Assembly (NCBI RefSeq): GCF_000281045.1
Contig: NW_008246080.1
Location: 790,122 to 823,876 of the forward strand
Length of the DNA stretch: 33,755 nucleotides
Direction of reading: 5' to 3'
Source of the DNA: Saprolegnia diclina VS20
Lineage: Eukaryota
This document shows positions 11,473 to 22,103 of the stretch, piece by piece (the first letter of the stretch is position 1; each line of letters opens with the position of its first letter). The translations under genes and the position numbers were made by a program. The notes below the pieces were generated by a model. The model worked only from the letters and a program-made list of their open reading frames with translations. It ran no database searches and was not told where the DNA came from.

Positions 11473-11833
11473 CCGTCGCAGCGAGCGATTTTTGCAAAAT
11501 AATTGTGCAACATTTAATCGACCAGTTGTGTGGCCGTTGTCTGTTTTATTCTATCACATTGGGTTTGCGTCTCCAAAAGTCAAAACCACGACTTGACCTT
11601 GGCAAGACGATGCATACTTCGATGCACGAGTAGTCACTTTGGAGACATAAGCGTTACCGAGAGGCGTGACTTTGACGAAAGTATGCACAGTGTTGGAGAA
11701 GGCTACAGATCGCGAGCGATGGTGTCGATCATAGTGGCAGTCCCATAGACTGCATCGTAGCGATGCAGAAGCCGCTTCGCTGCGCAACCGTCGCATCGAG
11801 CGATTTTTTCAAAATAATTGTGCAACATTTTAT
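11473..11833 (+). repeat. 46-bp imperfect direct repeat (11473-11518 and 11788-11833)
   Basis: ccgtcgca(g/t)cgagcgattttt(g/t)caaaataattgtgcaacattt(a/t)at; 3 mismatches, copies 315 bp apart, just downstream of the copy B stop codon. Confidence 0.9.
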
Positions 11834-11910
11834 GATAATATTTCTGCAGCACTTAATAGATGAGTTGGACGCTGTTCACTCTTGACAACTACTCTATCGC
11901 ATTGGGTTTG

Positions 11911-13755
11911 CTAGGCTACGGTCTGGGCGCGCAGCAGCAAAGCAAGGACGTCGCCCATACTCGGTCGGTCCGTCGGCGCGGCATTTACACACGAGGCAAC
12001 GACACTCGTCACACCTCCCGCCTCGCTGCAATTGGTCGCGAGCTCGTTGAGAAAGTGGCCAAAACGTGCCACGTCCGCGTCTCCATCGCCTCTGGACGCG
12101 TGCTGAAGGCCAGTGAGCTTGGCGCGCCAGTCTGTCGTCACAAGCACGTGCTTTGTGACGACAGCGTTGTGTGCAATGTGTCGCGCGTGGAGGTACGTGA
12201 TAGCATGTGCGACATCCAGCGCGATCTGCAGTCGCATCGGCCACGACGTTGACACCAACAACGCCGGCAGTGGTCCACGGGCGGCATACTCGGTCACGAG
12301 TGCAAAGTCGAGCAGGTTTGGCGACGAGGCAAAACCGACGAGCCCTAGTACGTGCGAGTGCGAGACGCTCGCCAACATATGGAGCTCGTGCACCAAGGAC
12401 GTCAGCGCCAACGTGACGGAGGCTTCGTCACCGTGGACTGTGCGAACGACTTTGAGTCCGACGTCGAGGCTGTCGCGGAGGCGTGCGTTATAGAGAAGGG
12501 CATGCGTCGACATGGTGACGAGCTTGCACTTTGCGAGCTCGTGGTATGGCACTTGCGTCGCCGGCAGTGACGCGAGCTCGAAATGCGGTGTTGGGAGGTT
12601 GAGTGAAAGCGAGATGCGGTACTCGGGCGGCGGCTCCTCGAAACCAGAGTAGTTGGAGCTCACACACGTGGCGCGGAGTGCGCGCTGGTCGCGCTGCTCG
12701 TCATGGAGGATGCGCCAGCGGCTGAGCACGGTCTTGTAGAGCACCATCGATAGCGTCAAGATACCAAAGATGAAGCTCAGCTTGCCCGTGGTTGCTAAAG
12801 ACAATTAGTTTCGAACATGAGATACAACGTCGTAGTACTTTCGAGCACAGGCGTCGACGACACATCGCCCACACTCACGACGCAGACGGCGCCGAGCGTC
12901 TTGAGCGGTGCCAGCATCCCCATACACGTTTGGATGTGAATGGCGTCCATATACAGCGTCGGGAGGCGGTGGAGAAGCTGGTATGTGGATGGCGAGACAT
13001 CAAAGGTAGTGATGGCATTGCCCGAGAGATCTCTACGCATTCCTTGTCGCAGGTGCTATCGAGAGATCCACGTACAAGGACGCGAGCTTGGGCGGAAAAG
13101 ACGGATTGTCCGTCAGACGGCGAAGGTCGTTCTGCCGCAAGGTCCTACGAGAGCGGTACATGTCGTCACGACATTCGATGAACACGCCACGTACAGAGAG
13201 ATAAGACTCGTGAAATTGTCTACATTGGAGTCGTCGTTGAGGACTTGGATGGCATTGGCACTCACGTCCCTATTCGTTCATCGACGCATGAGCTACGAGA
13301 CATGAATGCAAGCACACGCACAGTGTCTGCAGCGCTGGCAGCGTCGTGAGCATGGCAAATGTCGATAGTCGGTTGGTGCTGAGGTTGCTACATCATTATT
13401 GTCATTCTCTTACATCCCATTACTAGTGTTCCGTACAGCGAAAGCACCGATGTCGTCAAGTTGCTTGCAATGTCGGCGATCGCGTTGCGCGAGAGGTCGC
13501 TACATGGAGGTATCAGCAACGACACGAGCAAGCCGTTTACATGGAGGTCGCGGCAGCTGGAAAGCTGTGGACGAATTCAATGTCCGCGTCCCGTGCAACG
13601 AGCGCGCCGGTGCGGGTCAACGACAACCAGCGCGTCGTGTTCGAGGCAGCATACCGAACACATGGAAGCGCAGCGCTGCTGGTCAATGCGATCGCAGTAG
13701 CGTCCGGGCAGACGCCGTAGAGGGTGTTGGGCGCGGCGACGACGTGGGCCAGCAT
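11911..13755 (-). CDS. LRR receptor-like pseudokinase, copy B (7 exons; start uncertain)
   Basis: Exon 1 MLAHVVAAPNTLYGVCP..PC; single-LRR exons DLSRNAI, NLSTNRL, DVSANAI, TLRQNDL, then DLSGNAITTFDV..C..VCV; TM LSFIFGILTLSMVLY; kinase-like domain with VGLK, LHARHIAHNAV, KLTGL and no APE segment. Confidence 0.8.
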
Positions 13756-14005
13756 GGTCGAGTGGCATCTGAGTTGGAGTGCAGGCGCCGTGGGATGTCA
13801 AAACGAATCCACCAATGGCATCGCAGGAATCGTGGTCATCCGGATAGACGCGTCGTGGATTGGCTGCACGTCAGTCCGATGGATCGCGCCGCATCCTGCC
13901 GCCCGCCGACATGACAACGTCGGGAGCGGCGAGGAGCCGAAGCACCAAGCTGCTTAGCCTGCATCCGTACAACAAGCATCGACAGACATGTAGATAGAGA
14001 TTGTG

Positions 14006-15982
14006 TTACGGTGCAGTCTCCGCTTCAACTTCAACGGCAATGTCACTTGCAATCTCGGTCGCGTGACCGGTGGTCGAGAGCCAGGCGACGACGGCGTCGG
14101 CGGTCGGCCGCGCCAACGGATTGGGTCGGAGGCATGCCGCTGTGATGCTTTGCATATAGTCGGGCATTCCGTCCGAGGGCTCGCCTGCATTCGACAAGTC
14201 GAGCGCTTGGAAGAATCGCCCGAGAAGGTACACATCGGTTGCCTTTGACTGAGCGGCGTCGTCAGCACCGACAACGTTCGCGCTTTGGTCGAGACCGCCC
14301 AGCTTGATGTGCCACGTGCTCGATACAAACACCGTGTCCGTCGAGATGGCGTTGTGGACGATGCTCTTCTCATGGAGGTAGGCGACCGCGGCCGCGACGC
14401 TGCGCGCCATCGTCGTCTTGGGCACCATGAGCGCATTGCTGCTCGTCCAGTGCAAGTACTTGTTCAAGCTCGGGTCCTTGAAGACCGTCGACAGCGATCC
14501 ATACGTCATCGGCTCCGTGAAGAGCGCCAGGTCCAGTAGCGACGGTGACGCGGCAAAGCCCACAAACCCCACAAGGTTATCATGTGAGAGCGTTGCGAGC
14601 GTTCGGATCGCGTGCACGAGCCCGCGCAAGTGTTTTTGCATGACCGGAGATGACGCGCACGGCGTCAGCACGGTGCAGTCGACGCGGTCGTTGCCAATGC
14701 GCGCAGCGTACGTGGTCGTCGTAAGCGTCGGCGCCGTCAGCAGCTTGAGCTTCTTGAGGTCTTTGATAGGATACCGATGTGCCTTGAGCGCAGTCAGCTG
14801 GTGCGAAAACGACGTCACGTCAACTTGAACGGAGAGCGAGATGCGGTACTCGACCGGGTGGTTCTCCTCGACCCGCGAGTAGTTGGATGAGAGGCGCGTG
14901 TCGCGGAAGGCGAGCTCGGGCTGCTGACAGCGCCGACGACACAAGTACCTCCGCTTGAGGAGCAGCACGGCGATGGCAACAATCGCGAGCGCGCTGAGGA
15001 CGACTATGAGAATGCCGTACGATGCTAGCGGACGCATCAGGACTCAACTCGCATGCAGAAGACAAATGAGCGTACTAGAGAGAAAGGCCGTGCCGGGCGA
15101 GGATGCGTCGAGCACGCAGACGCGCGTCGTGTCGTGGAGGAGACGCCATGTCGCAAAGCACGACGCTGTAGTTGAAATATTGCGCAGACTCTCACGCGGG
15201 AGCATGGCCAGCGCTGCATAGACCGCTTCCGAGACCTCGAACGTGCTGATCGGGTTGTCCGAGAGGTCTCTACAAGCAGTCGGGCATGAGGCCAGTGTCA
15301 CTCCATCCTTGGTAGTCCTGTGTACAAGAAGGCGAGCTGGGGCGGCAGCGAGACGAGCCGCAGTGTCGTAATGGCGTTGTTCGCGAGGTTCCTACGCCAT
15401 CGTGTAGATTCTGAGCGACTATAATATCCCTGCAGGCAGTGACGAACAAGGACGTGAGCGCGCTCAGTTGCCCGAGCTGCGTATCGGACGGAAACGCGGT
15501 GATGCCGTTGTGACTGACATCCCTAGTCCATGGTTCTATAAATGCAACGTCGACCACAGTGGTTGTACAAGGTTGTCAGCGTCGAGAGCGATGTGAGCGC
15601 GTCCAGCGACACAAGTCGATTATGGCTCACGTTGCTAGCGCGCATAAAGTCATGACAAGAAGAAAAGATGGCGGTGTACAGCGACTGGAGCATCGAGCTG
15701 TTTTGGCGACGGTAGATGACGGAGATGGCATTGTCCGAGAGATCCCTACGTGCTTGCATGATGCGACTGCATAGTAGCCTTGTTTACGTACAAGCGAGCG
15801 GCGGACGGCGGCAGCGCTTGGACGGTCTCAAGGCCAAGGCGGCGAAAGCTCGTGCTGTTGTCGGCCAAGAGGGTCATCGAGTTGTTGGGGTAAACGACGC
15901 AGGGCGTCGTGCCGCAGAGCTGGAGCGACGTCGCCGCGACGGCCACGTGGCTGCTCAGGAGGAGAAGCAGAGCGCGCTGCAT
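14006..15982 (-). CDS. LRR receptor-like pseudokinase, copy C (7 exons)
   Basis: Signal peptide MQRALLLLLSSHVAVA; LRR exons DLSDNAI, NVSHNRL, DVSHNGI, NLANNAI, DLSDNPISTFEV; TM ILIVVLSALAIVAIAVLLL-KRR; kinase-like domain with VDCT (no beta3 Lys), LHEKSIVHNAI, KLGGL, DVYLLG, CLRPNPLARP. Confidence 0.85.
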
Positions 15983-16404
15983 GCTCCCGAATTCACAGTC
16001 GGCCATCTCTCTCGCGCATCAGTGTCCCACCCAGTCGGTCCCGCCAACAACCAATCCCAAGCCGCGGGCAGTTGATGTGGCGTTGAACCTGATATGCTGG
16101 ATACTAGTAGATACCTCGAGCATACAAATCGTTCGAGTCGCTATTTCAACAAGAGGCGTCGGACCGAGTGGGCGCAGTGGAAGGTCCGCTCCCCTCGGCG
16201 CATAGTCCGTCGATCGTCAGGCGCCAGACACGAGTTTTAACTATTGCTTTTTATAGAATAAAATCATTTTTAAACTTTTCACGCGCGTGTCGTGGCTGTC
16301 CTCCTGACTCCAGATGTCGGGAGTCCCGTCTCGTGCGTGCCAAAGAAATGCATCCTCTTCTGTCCACAACAGCTGCGCTTGGGACGCTCAAGACCACCGT
16401 GCCG

Positions 16405-17148
16405 NNNNNNNNNNNNNNNNNNNNNNNNNNNNNNNNNNNNNNNNNNNNNNNNNNNNNNNNNNNNNNNNNNNNNNNNNNNNNNNNNNNNNNNNNNNNNNNN
16501 NNNNNNNNNNNNNNNNNNNNNNNNNNNNNNNNNNNNNNNNNNNNNNNNNNNNNNNNNNNNNNNNNNNNNNNNNNNNNNNNNNNNNNNNNNNNNNNNNNNN
16601 NNNNNNNNNNNNNNNNNNNNNNNNNNNNNNNNNNNNNNNNNNNNNNNNNNNNNNNNNNNNNNNNNNNNNNNNNNNNNNNNNNNNNNNNNNNNNNNNNNNN
16701 NNNNNNNNNNNNNNNNNNNNNNNNNNNNNNNNNNNNNNNNNNNNNNNNNNNNNNNNNNNNNNNNNNNNNNNNNNNNNNNNNNNNNNNNNNNNNNNNNNNN
16801 NNNNNNNNNNNNNNNNNNNNNNNNNNNNNNNNNNNNNNNNNNNNNNNNNNNNNNNNNNNNNNNNNNNNNNNNNNNNNNNNNNNNNNNNNNNNNNNNNNNN
16901 NNNNNNNNNNNNNNNNNNNNNNNNNNNNNNNNNNNNNNNNNNNNNNNNNNNNNNNNNNNNNNNNNNNNNNNNNNNNNNNNNNNNNNNNNNNNNNNNNNNN
17001 NNNNNNNNNNNNNNNNNNNNNNNNNNNNNNNNNNNNNNNNNNNNNNNNNNNNNNNNNNNNNNNNNNNNNNNNNNNNNNNNNNNNNNNNNNNNNNNNNNNN
17101 NNNNNNNNNNNNNNNNNNNNNNNNNNNNNNNNNNNNNNNNNNNNNNNN
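16405..17148. other. Assembly gap (744 N) covering most of the copy D kinase domain
   Basis: Run of N; its right flank is identical to the right flank of the second gap. Confidence 0.99.
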
Positions 17149-18481
17149 TTCATGGCCAAGTGCTGGGCGACGTACGTCGTGTAGAGCGGTGTTGCGCTGA
17201 TGAGTTTGAGTTTGCGAATGTCTTTGAGGTGGAGCTTGTGGGCAGGCGTAAGCGCGTCATCGTTGCGGAGGCGGCTCGTAAGGTCGGAGGTGTCGAGGTC
17301 TAGCGAGACCGAGATGCGGTACTCGACCGGATCGTCGTCCATGCGCGAGTAGCCCGAGCTAATGCACGTGGCGCGGAGCGCCGGATCCCGTCGCTCGGTT
17401 GCACTGGATTCGCGATCTCGAAAGAAGATGAGGTACGCCAGCGAGATGGTCGTAAAGCCGCCAAAGACCAACACGAGCGGCCCGTAGAGCGCTAGAACGC
17501 ATCATGTTCCATAAGCGCAAAGTCGATAAGCGGATAGGATCGTACAGCCAAAGAAGGACAAGGTGGCGTTGGCGTCAGTGACGCAGACGACGGCCCGACC
17601 GAGCATCATGAGCTGACCAGAGCAGCTCGTGAGCGCAACTGTGCCCAAGGTGAGCCGCGGCAGCGCGACAAGCGCCTTGTAGGTGGCCGTTGAGACGTCA
17701 AATACCGATATCACATTGCCTGAGAGGTCCCTACATGATATATATTTGGCTCGTGAGAAAATGTGCAGAAGAGGACAATGTAGTACAGCGATTGAAGCGA
17801 CGCGGGAAAGGTGGGGTTGCGGATACTCCGCAGTTGGTTGTTTGAGAGGTTTCTGCCCAAAGAGACAATTCGACCAGCGCTCAGGAAAGGAGTCATACGT
17901 ACAACACGCGGAGGTTTTGGAATGCAGAGAGGCGAGCTAGGGACGCACCGTCGTTGATGTTGTTGTTTCTTAAATCTCTAGCGCAACACAAACGCAAGTG
18001 AGCCGTCGAGTGATTTTGCATCGGATAACTTACAACGTCTGAAGTGCTGGAATCACTGGGATGCTGTTGATGGAGTTGAGTGCATTTCCACTCAAGTTTC
18101 TATCCATATTCAATAAGTGGGAAAAATGGTTAGCCGAGGCGACGTACAGCGTGGTGAGCACATTAGACGGTTTATAGCTCGTAATCGAAGCGATCTGATT
18201 GATGGAGATATCACTAGACGCATCGTGAGTCGTCATGGTTATCACGCATACTCATACAGAGAGGATACATTGGACGGGAGCTCTTGCAGGCTGGTGATGT
18301 TGGCGCCGCGGAGGCTTAGTGCGCCGTTGACGACGATGGTTGCTGTCGTGTTGCCCGAGGTGCTGTCGACGAGGCAAGGGCCGTCGGTGGTATCGAAGCT
18401 TGGGCATGTGCCATACAAGGTTATGCGACCTTGGGCGACCGCAAACTGGGCGAGGGCGAGGAGTACAAGATACCTCGACAT
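17149..18481 (-). CDS. LRR receptor-like (pseudo)kinase, copy D (3' part in gap)
   Basis: Signal peptide MSRYLVLLALAQFAVAQG; LYGTCP..GPC cap; LRR exons DISINQI, NLSGNAL, DLRNNNI, NLSNNQL, DLSGNVISVFDV; TM LVLVFGGFTTISLAYLIFF; juxtamembrane RATCISSGYSRMDDDPVEYRISVS; kinase N-lobe start KDIRKLKLI, then gap. Catalytic motifs are not visible. Confidence 0.8.
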
Positions 18482-19146
18482 TTTGAAAATGACAAATTGG
18501 GACGGCGGTGCCAGCGTCACGTCATTGATTGGCTGGTTTTACAAGATACTCGTGCACAGCAACCAATCAAATCAAAGTACAATGTCGAAGATCGCAGAAG
18601 TCCAGTGGCGGGTGTTGGACACTCGATTTTTTGGAGCTTGCTGTCGGCTGCGGACATGTCTTCGGTAGCGGACGGCCGAAGGTGCACTGTCGTGCATTGC
18701 TTATCGTTGTACACGATTAGTCTATTGACAGAGGGGACGAAGTCTTATGTAAATATATGGAATACTAGGACGGTGCTGGAGAATAATTTGGGTCGAAAAT
18801 TAGAGAAGGGACCTCGGATGCGTACGTTGACGCCATAGCGCAATCAAAGAAACCATGTTTTGCAATGGTCATCATGGATGATGCTCCGTGTCATTGACAT
18901 GACGCTTCAAGAAACATCCTTCGCACTCGACGCTACAACGTACGTTCTTCTCGACACCAAGGACGTCCTCCTCGACTGCAGTTGCGAGATGCCCCTGCGT
19001 GCGGATGCAAATACTGGTATATTCAGGCCATGGACAGGATGTTTGCAACCAAAATGTGGCAAAAATTGTGGAACTTTGCGGAAAAACAGCATCGATATAT
19101 ACCTTGCAACATGACCTTGAATCTAGCTTTGACTCATAGTAGCTAG

Positions 19147-19185
19147 GACTCTGGGCGCCTCATAGCCCATGAGGCGCCCAGAGTC
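19147..19185. repeat. Perfect hairpin, 17-bp stem and 5-nt loop
   Basis: GACTCTGGGCGCCTCAT-AGCCC-ATGAGGCGCCCAGAGTC, about 170 nt downstream of the copy E stop codon. Confidence 0.95.
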
Positions 19186-19353
19186 ATTTTGTGAGGTGCA
19201 TTAACGACGAGAGTGTGAACCCGCGATTAATTGAGTTTGGATGTTGACCACCTTTGGTTGGGGTTTATTTGCGCCCAAATTTTATCATGCCCAATATGAC
19301 ACGGATAGGTTGTTCCAACTTTGTACAATATATTTTGCGTCATCTATGTCAAA

Positions 19354-21321
19354 TTAGTCCAAGATGCTTTTCAAAACCGCCGCAACCTCGGCTGCTGTCG
19401 GCCGACGTGTCGGGTCCGCGTCCACACAGCGCNNNNNNNNNNNNNNNNNNNNNNNNNNNNNNNNNNNNNNNNNNNNNNNNNNNNNNNNNNNNNNNNNNNN
19501 NNNNNNNNNNNNNNNNNNNNNNNNNNNNNNNNNNNNNNNNNNNNNNNNNNNNNNNNNNNNNNNNNNNNNNNNNNNNNNNNNNNNNNNNNNNNNNNNNNNN
19601 NNNNNNNNNNNNNNNNNNNNNNNNNNNNNNNNNNNNNNNNNNNNNNNNNNNNNNNNNNNNNNNNNNNNNNNNNNNNNNNNNNNNNNNNNNNNNNNNNNNN
19701 NNNNNNNNNNNNNNNNNNNNNNNNNNNNNNNNNNNNNNNNNNNNNNNNNNNNNNNNNNNNNNNNNNNNNNNNNNNNNNNNNNNNNNNNNNNNNNNNNNNN
19801 NNNNNNNNNNNNNNNNNNNNNNNNNNNNNNNNNNNNNNNNNNNNNNNNNNNNNNNNNNNNNNNNNNNNNNNNNNNNNNNNNNNNNNNNNNNNNNNNNNNN
19901 NNNNNNNNNNNNNNNNNNNNNNNNNNNNNNNNNNNNNNNNNNNNNNNNNNNNNNNNNNNNNNNNNNNNNNNNNNNNNNNNNNNNNNNNNNNNNNNNNNNN
20001 NNNNNNNNNNTTCATGGCCAAGTGCTGGGCGACGTACGTCGTGTAGAGCGGTGTTGCGCTGATGAGTTTGAGTTTGCGAATGTCTTTGAGGTGGAGCTTG
20101 TGGGCGGTCGTGAGTGCCTCATCGTTGCGGAGGCGGCTCGTAAGGTCGGAGGTGTCGAGGTCGAGCGACACCGAGATGCGGTACTCGACCGGATCGTCGT
20201 CCATGCGCGAGTAGCCCGAGCTAACACACGTGGCGCGGAGCGTATGATCGGTGAGCGCCGGCGGCCCGAGAAGAAGACGTTTGCCGACCAAATAGACAAC
20301 CAGCAGCGCAAGGACCGTGCCAAAGAAGACAAAAATGGGTCCGTACATGCCTATCACAAATATGAGCGCGAGAGTTGGAGGCAGCATAAGCGCGTACTGC
20401 GGAGCATGGAGGGACCAGGGGCGTCGGTGATGCACACGGCAGCCTGCCGAAGCATGACGACTTGGCCGGCGCAGGACGTGATGTAGACGCCGCGCAGGTT
20501 GAGCGTTGTCAAGGCCGCCAGTGCATAGTAGGTAGCGACCGTCACATCGAACGTCGTGATGATGTTGCCCGAGAGATCCCTAGCGGAAGATTCAGTTCTT
20601 AGTGTCCGTAGATCCTGGATGGACGACGCACAATGCTTGCAGACTTGGCGGCACCTTGAGGTTTTGAATCGACGAGATGCGGTTTCCACGCAGACTCCTA
20701 GTGATCGTATGAGCGGAGCGTCCTACTTTACATGGAAATTATGTACATCGTACAATGACGCAAGGTTGGGAAAGCGTGCGAGCTGCGCGCTCAAGGTCGA
20801 CGCGTCAGAGATGTTGTTGTAACTCAGATCCCTGAATGAAAGGTGTGAGGCGTCGGTCCAAAGACGATAACACTTACAGCGACTGTAGAGTTGGCAGGCT
20901 CGCAATAGCGTCCAGAGACGCAACGCGGTTGTAGCTCAGGTTCCTAGAACGCAGCATGAGACCCTTGGCATGACTGTGGCGCCGTACAGTGCTTGCACGG
21001 CGGACGACGGACTGAGCCCGACCGACGTGATTTCGTTCATCATGAGATTGCTACACAGTGGCGTGAGCACGTCATTTGACATCCATGCTCGTACATGCTG
21101 GTGGCCGTCGCTGGGAGCGACTGCACGACGTCGATGCCGGCGCCTTGTACGACAAAGCGGCGATTGCTGTCGACAGCATACGTTGCCTCGACGCTGCCGT
21201 TGGCGCCGAGGACACAAGGCGATGCGCTTGCGGGGCTGGTGACCGGGCACGTCCCGTAGAGCGTACTGAGGCCGTCGGCGCTCGCGGCGAGCGCGATGAG
21301 AAGGAGACAGTGCGTTTTCAT
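19354..21321 (-). CDS. LRR receptor-like (pseudo)kinase, copy E (kinase core in gap)
   Basis: Signal peptide MKTHCLLLIALAASADG; LYGTCP..SPC cap; LRR exons NLMMNEI, NLSYNRV, DLSYNNI, SLRGNRI, DLSGNIITTFDV; TM IFVFFGTVLALLVVYLVG; RATCVSSGYSRMDDDPVEYRISVS. Beyond the gap, subdomain XI RCVDADPTRRPTAAEVAAVLKSILD* ends at TAA 19356-19354. Confidence 0.8.
19433..20010. other. Assembly gap (578 N) inside the copy E kinase domain
   Basis: Run of N flanked on both sides by kinase-coding sequence. Confidence 0.99.
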
Positions 21322-22103
21322 ATCAGGTGGCAAATCGGCAAGTGCATCCAGCCTGTCGGAACCCGGTCGATTGCGATTGGCTGCTGCAAACGGCAATCTC
21401 AACAAGTAGCCAATCCGGTGCGACTGTCCGCACCGGAAGATCGGCGAAGTCGACAAACTGGTCGGTGTTGGACAGTCGACAATGTATTTTCTTTTGGACC
21501 GGAGAATACCTTCTAATCATCGATACATACACGAGCCCTAATCAAGTCGATGGGAGTCGCAGCGGCAGATACGTGTATGAAATTCCTAGGATTTTCCATT
21601 GTTTCTCAGGGTTCCGAGTCGCCATGGCTGGCGATGGTTTCGACGACGCACAACTTTTCCGTAGGAATTTCGCATGGTTTGAAAAAAAATGCAAAAGGAC
21701 ATGTATTCCACGTGGCGCCGCGCAACGCCGCCGTTTTGATTCGTTCCCATGTGGCGCCAAATAAGATCGGATATGGCTATTTCATCTTGAACGCCTCCGC
21801 CCATGTGGCCTGGTGCAGCTGACTTCATCGCGCTCGCATACAGACTGTACTGCGGTGATCCCTTGCTGCAAGTGATCCAATCGATATACGTTGACGTGGA
21901 GGCTGTGCGGACTCACGAGTCAACATTCCGTCCTATCTTTACCTTGCATTCATCGACCATCGAGTCATGCGATCGAGGCTGGATCCGCGTGAAGCATGCG
22001 TCCTCTCTACAAAAGTCGACTCATATACACGAGATCCAACAAATAATGGATACTTCAACAACGAATAACTGAATTGTACTAAGTCCTATCGAACGCACAT
22101 GCC

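Noticed and set aside
16251..16404. Sequence left of gap 1 as the C-terminus of copy D
   Set aside because: No frame gives a subdomain XI CxxxxPxxRP motif; by analogy with copy E the stop codon should fall inside the gap.
16168..20486. ORFs of 230-410 aa spanning the N runs
   Set aside because: Artefacts of translating through assembly gaps; the frame is not preserved across N.
21706..21810. Three short CCA(C/T)GTGGC motifs in the E-F spacer
   Set aside because: Too short and irregular to call a repeat array or binding site without enrichment statistics; not CRISPR-like.
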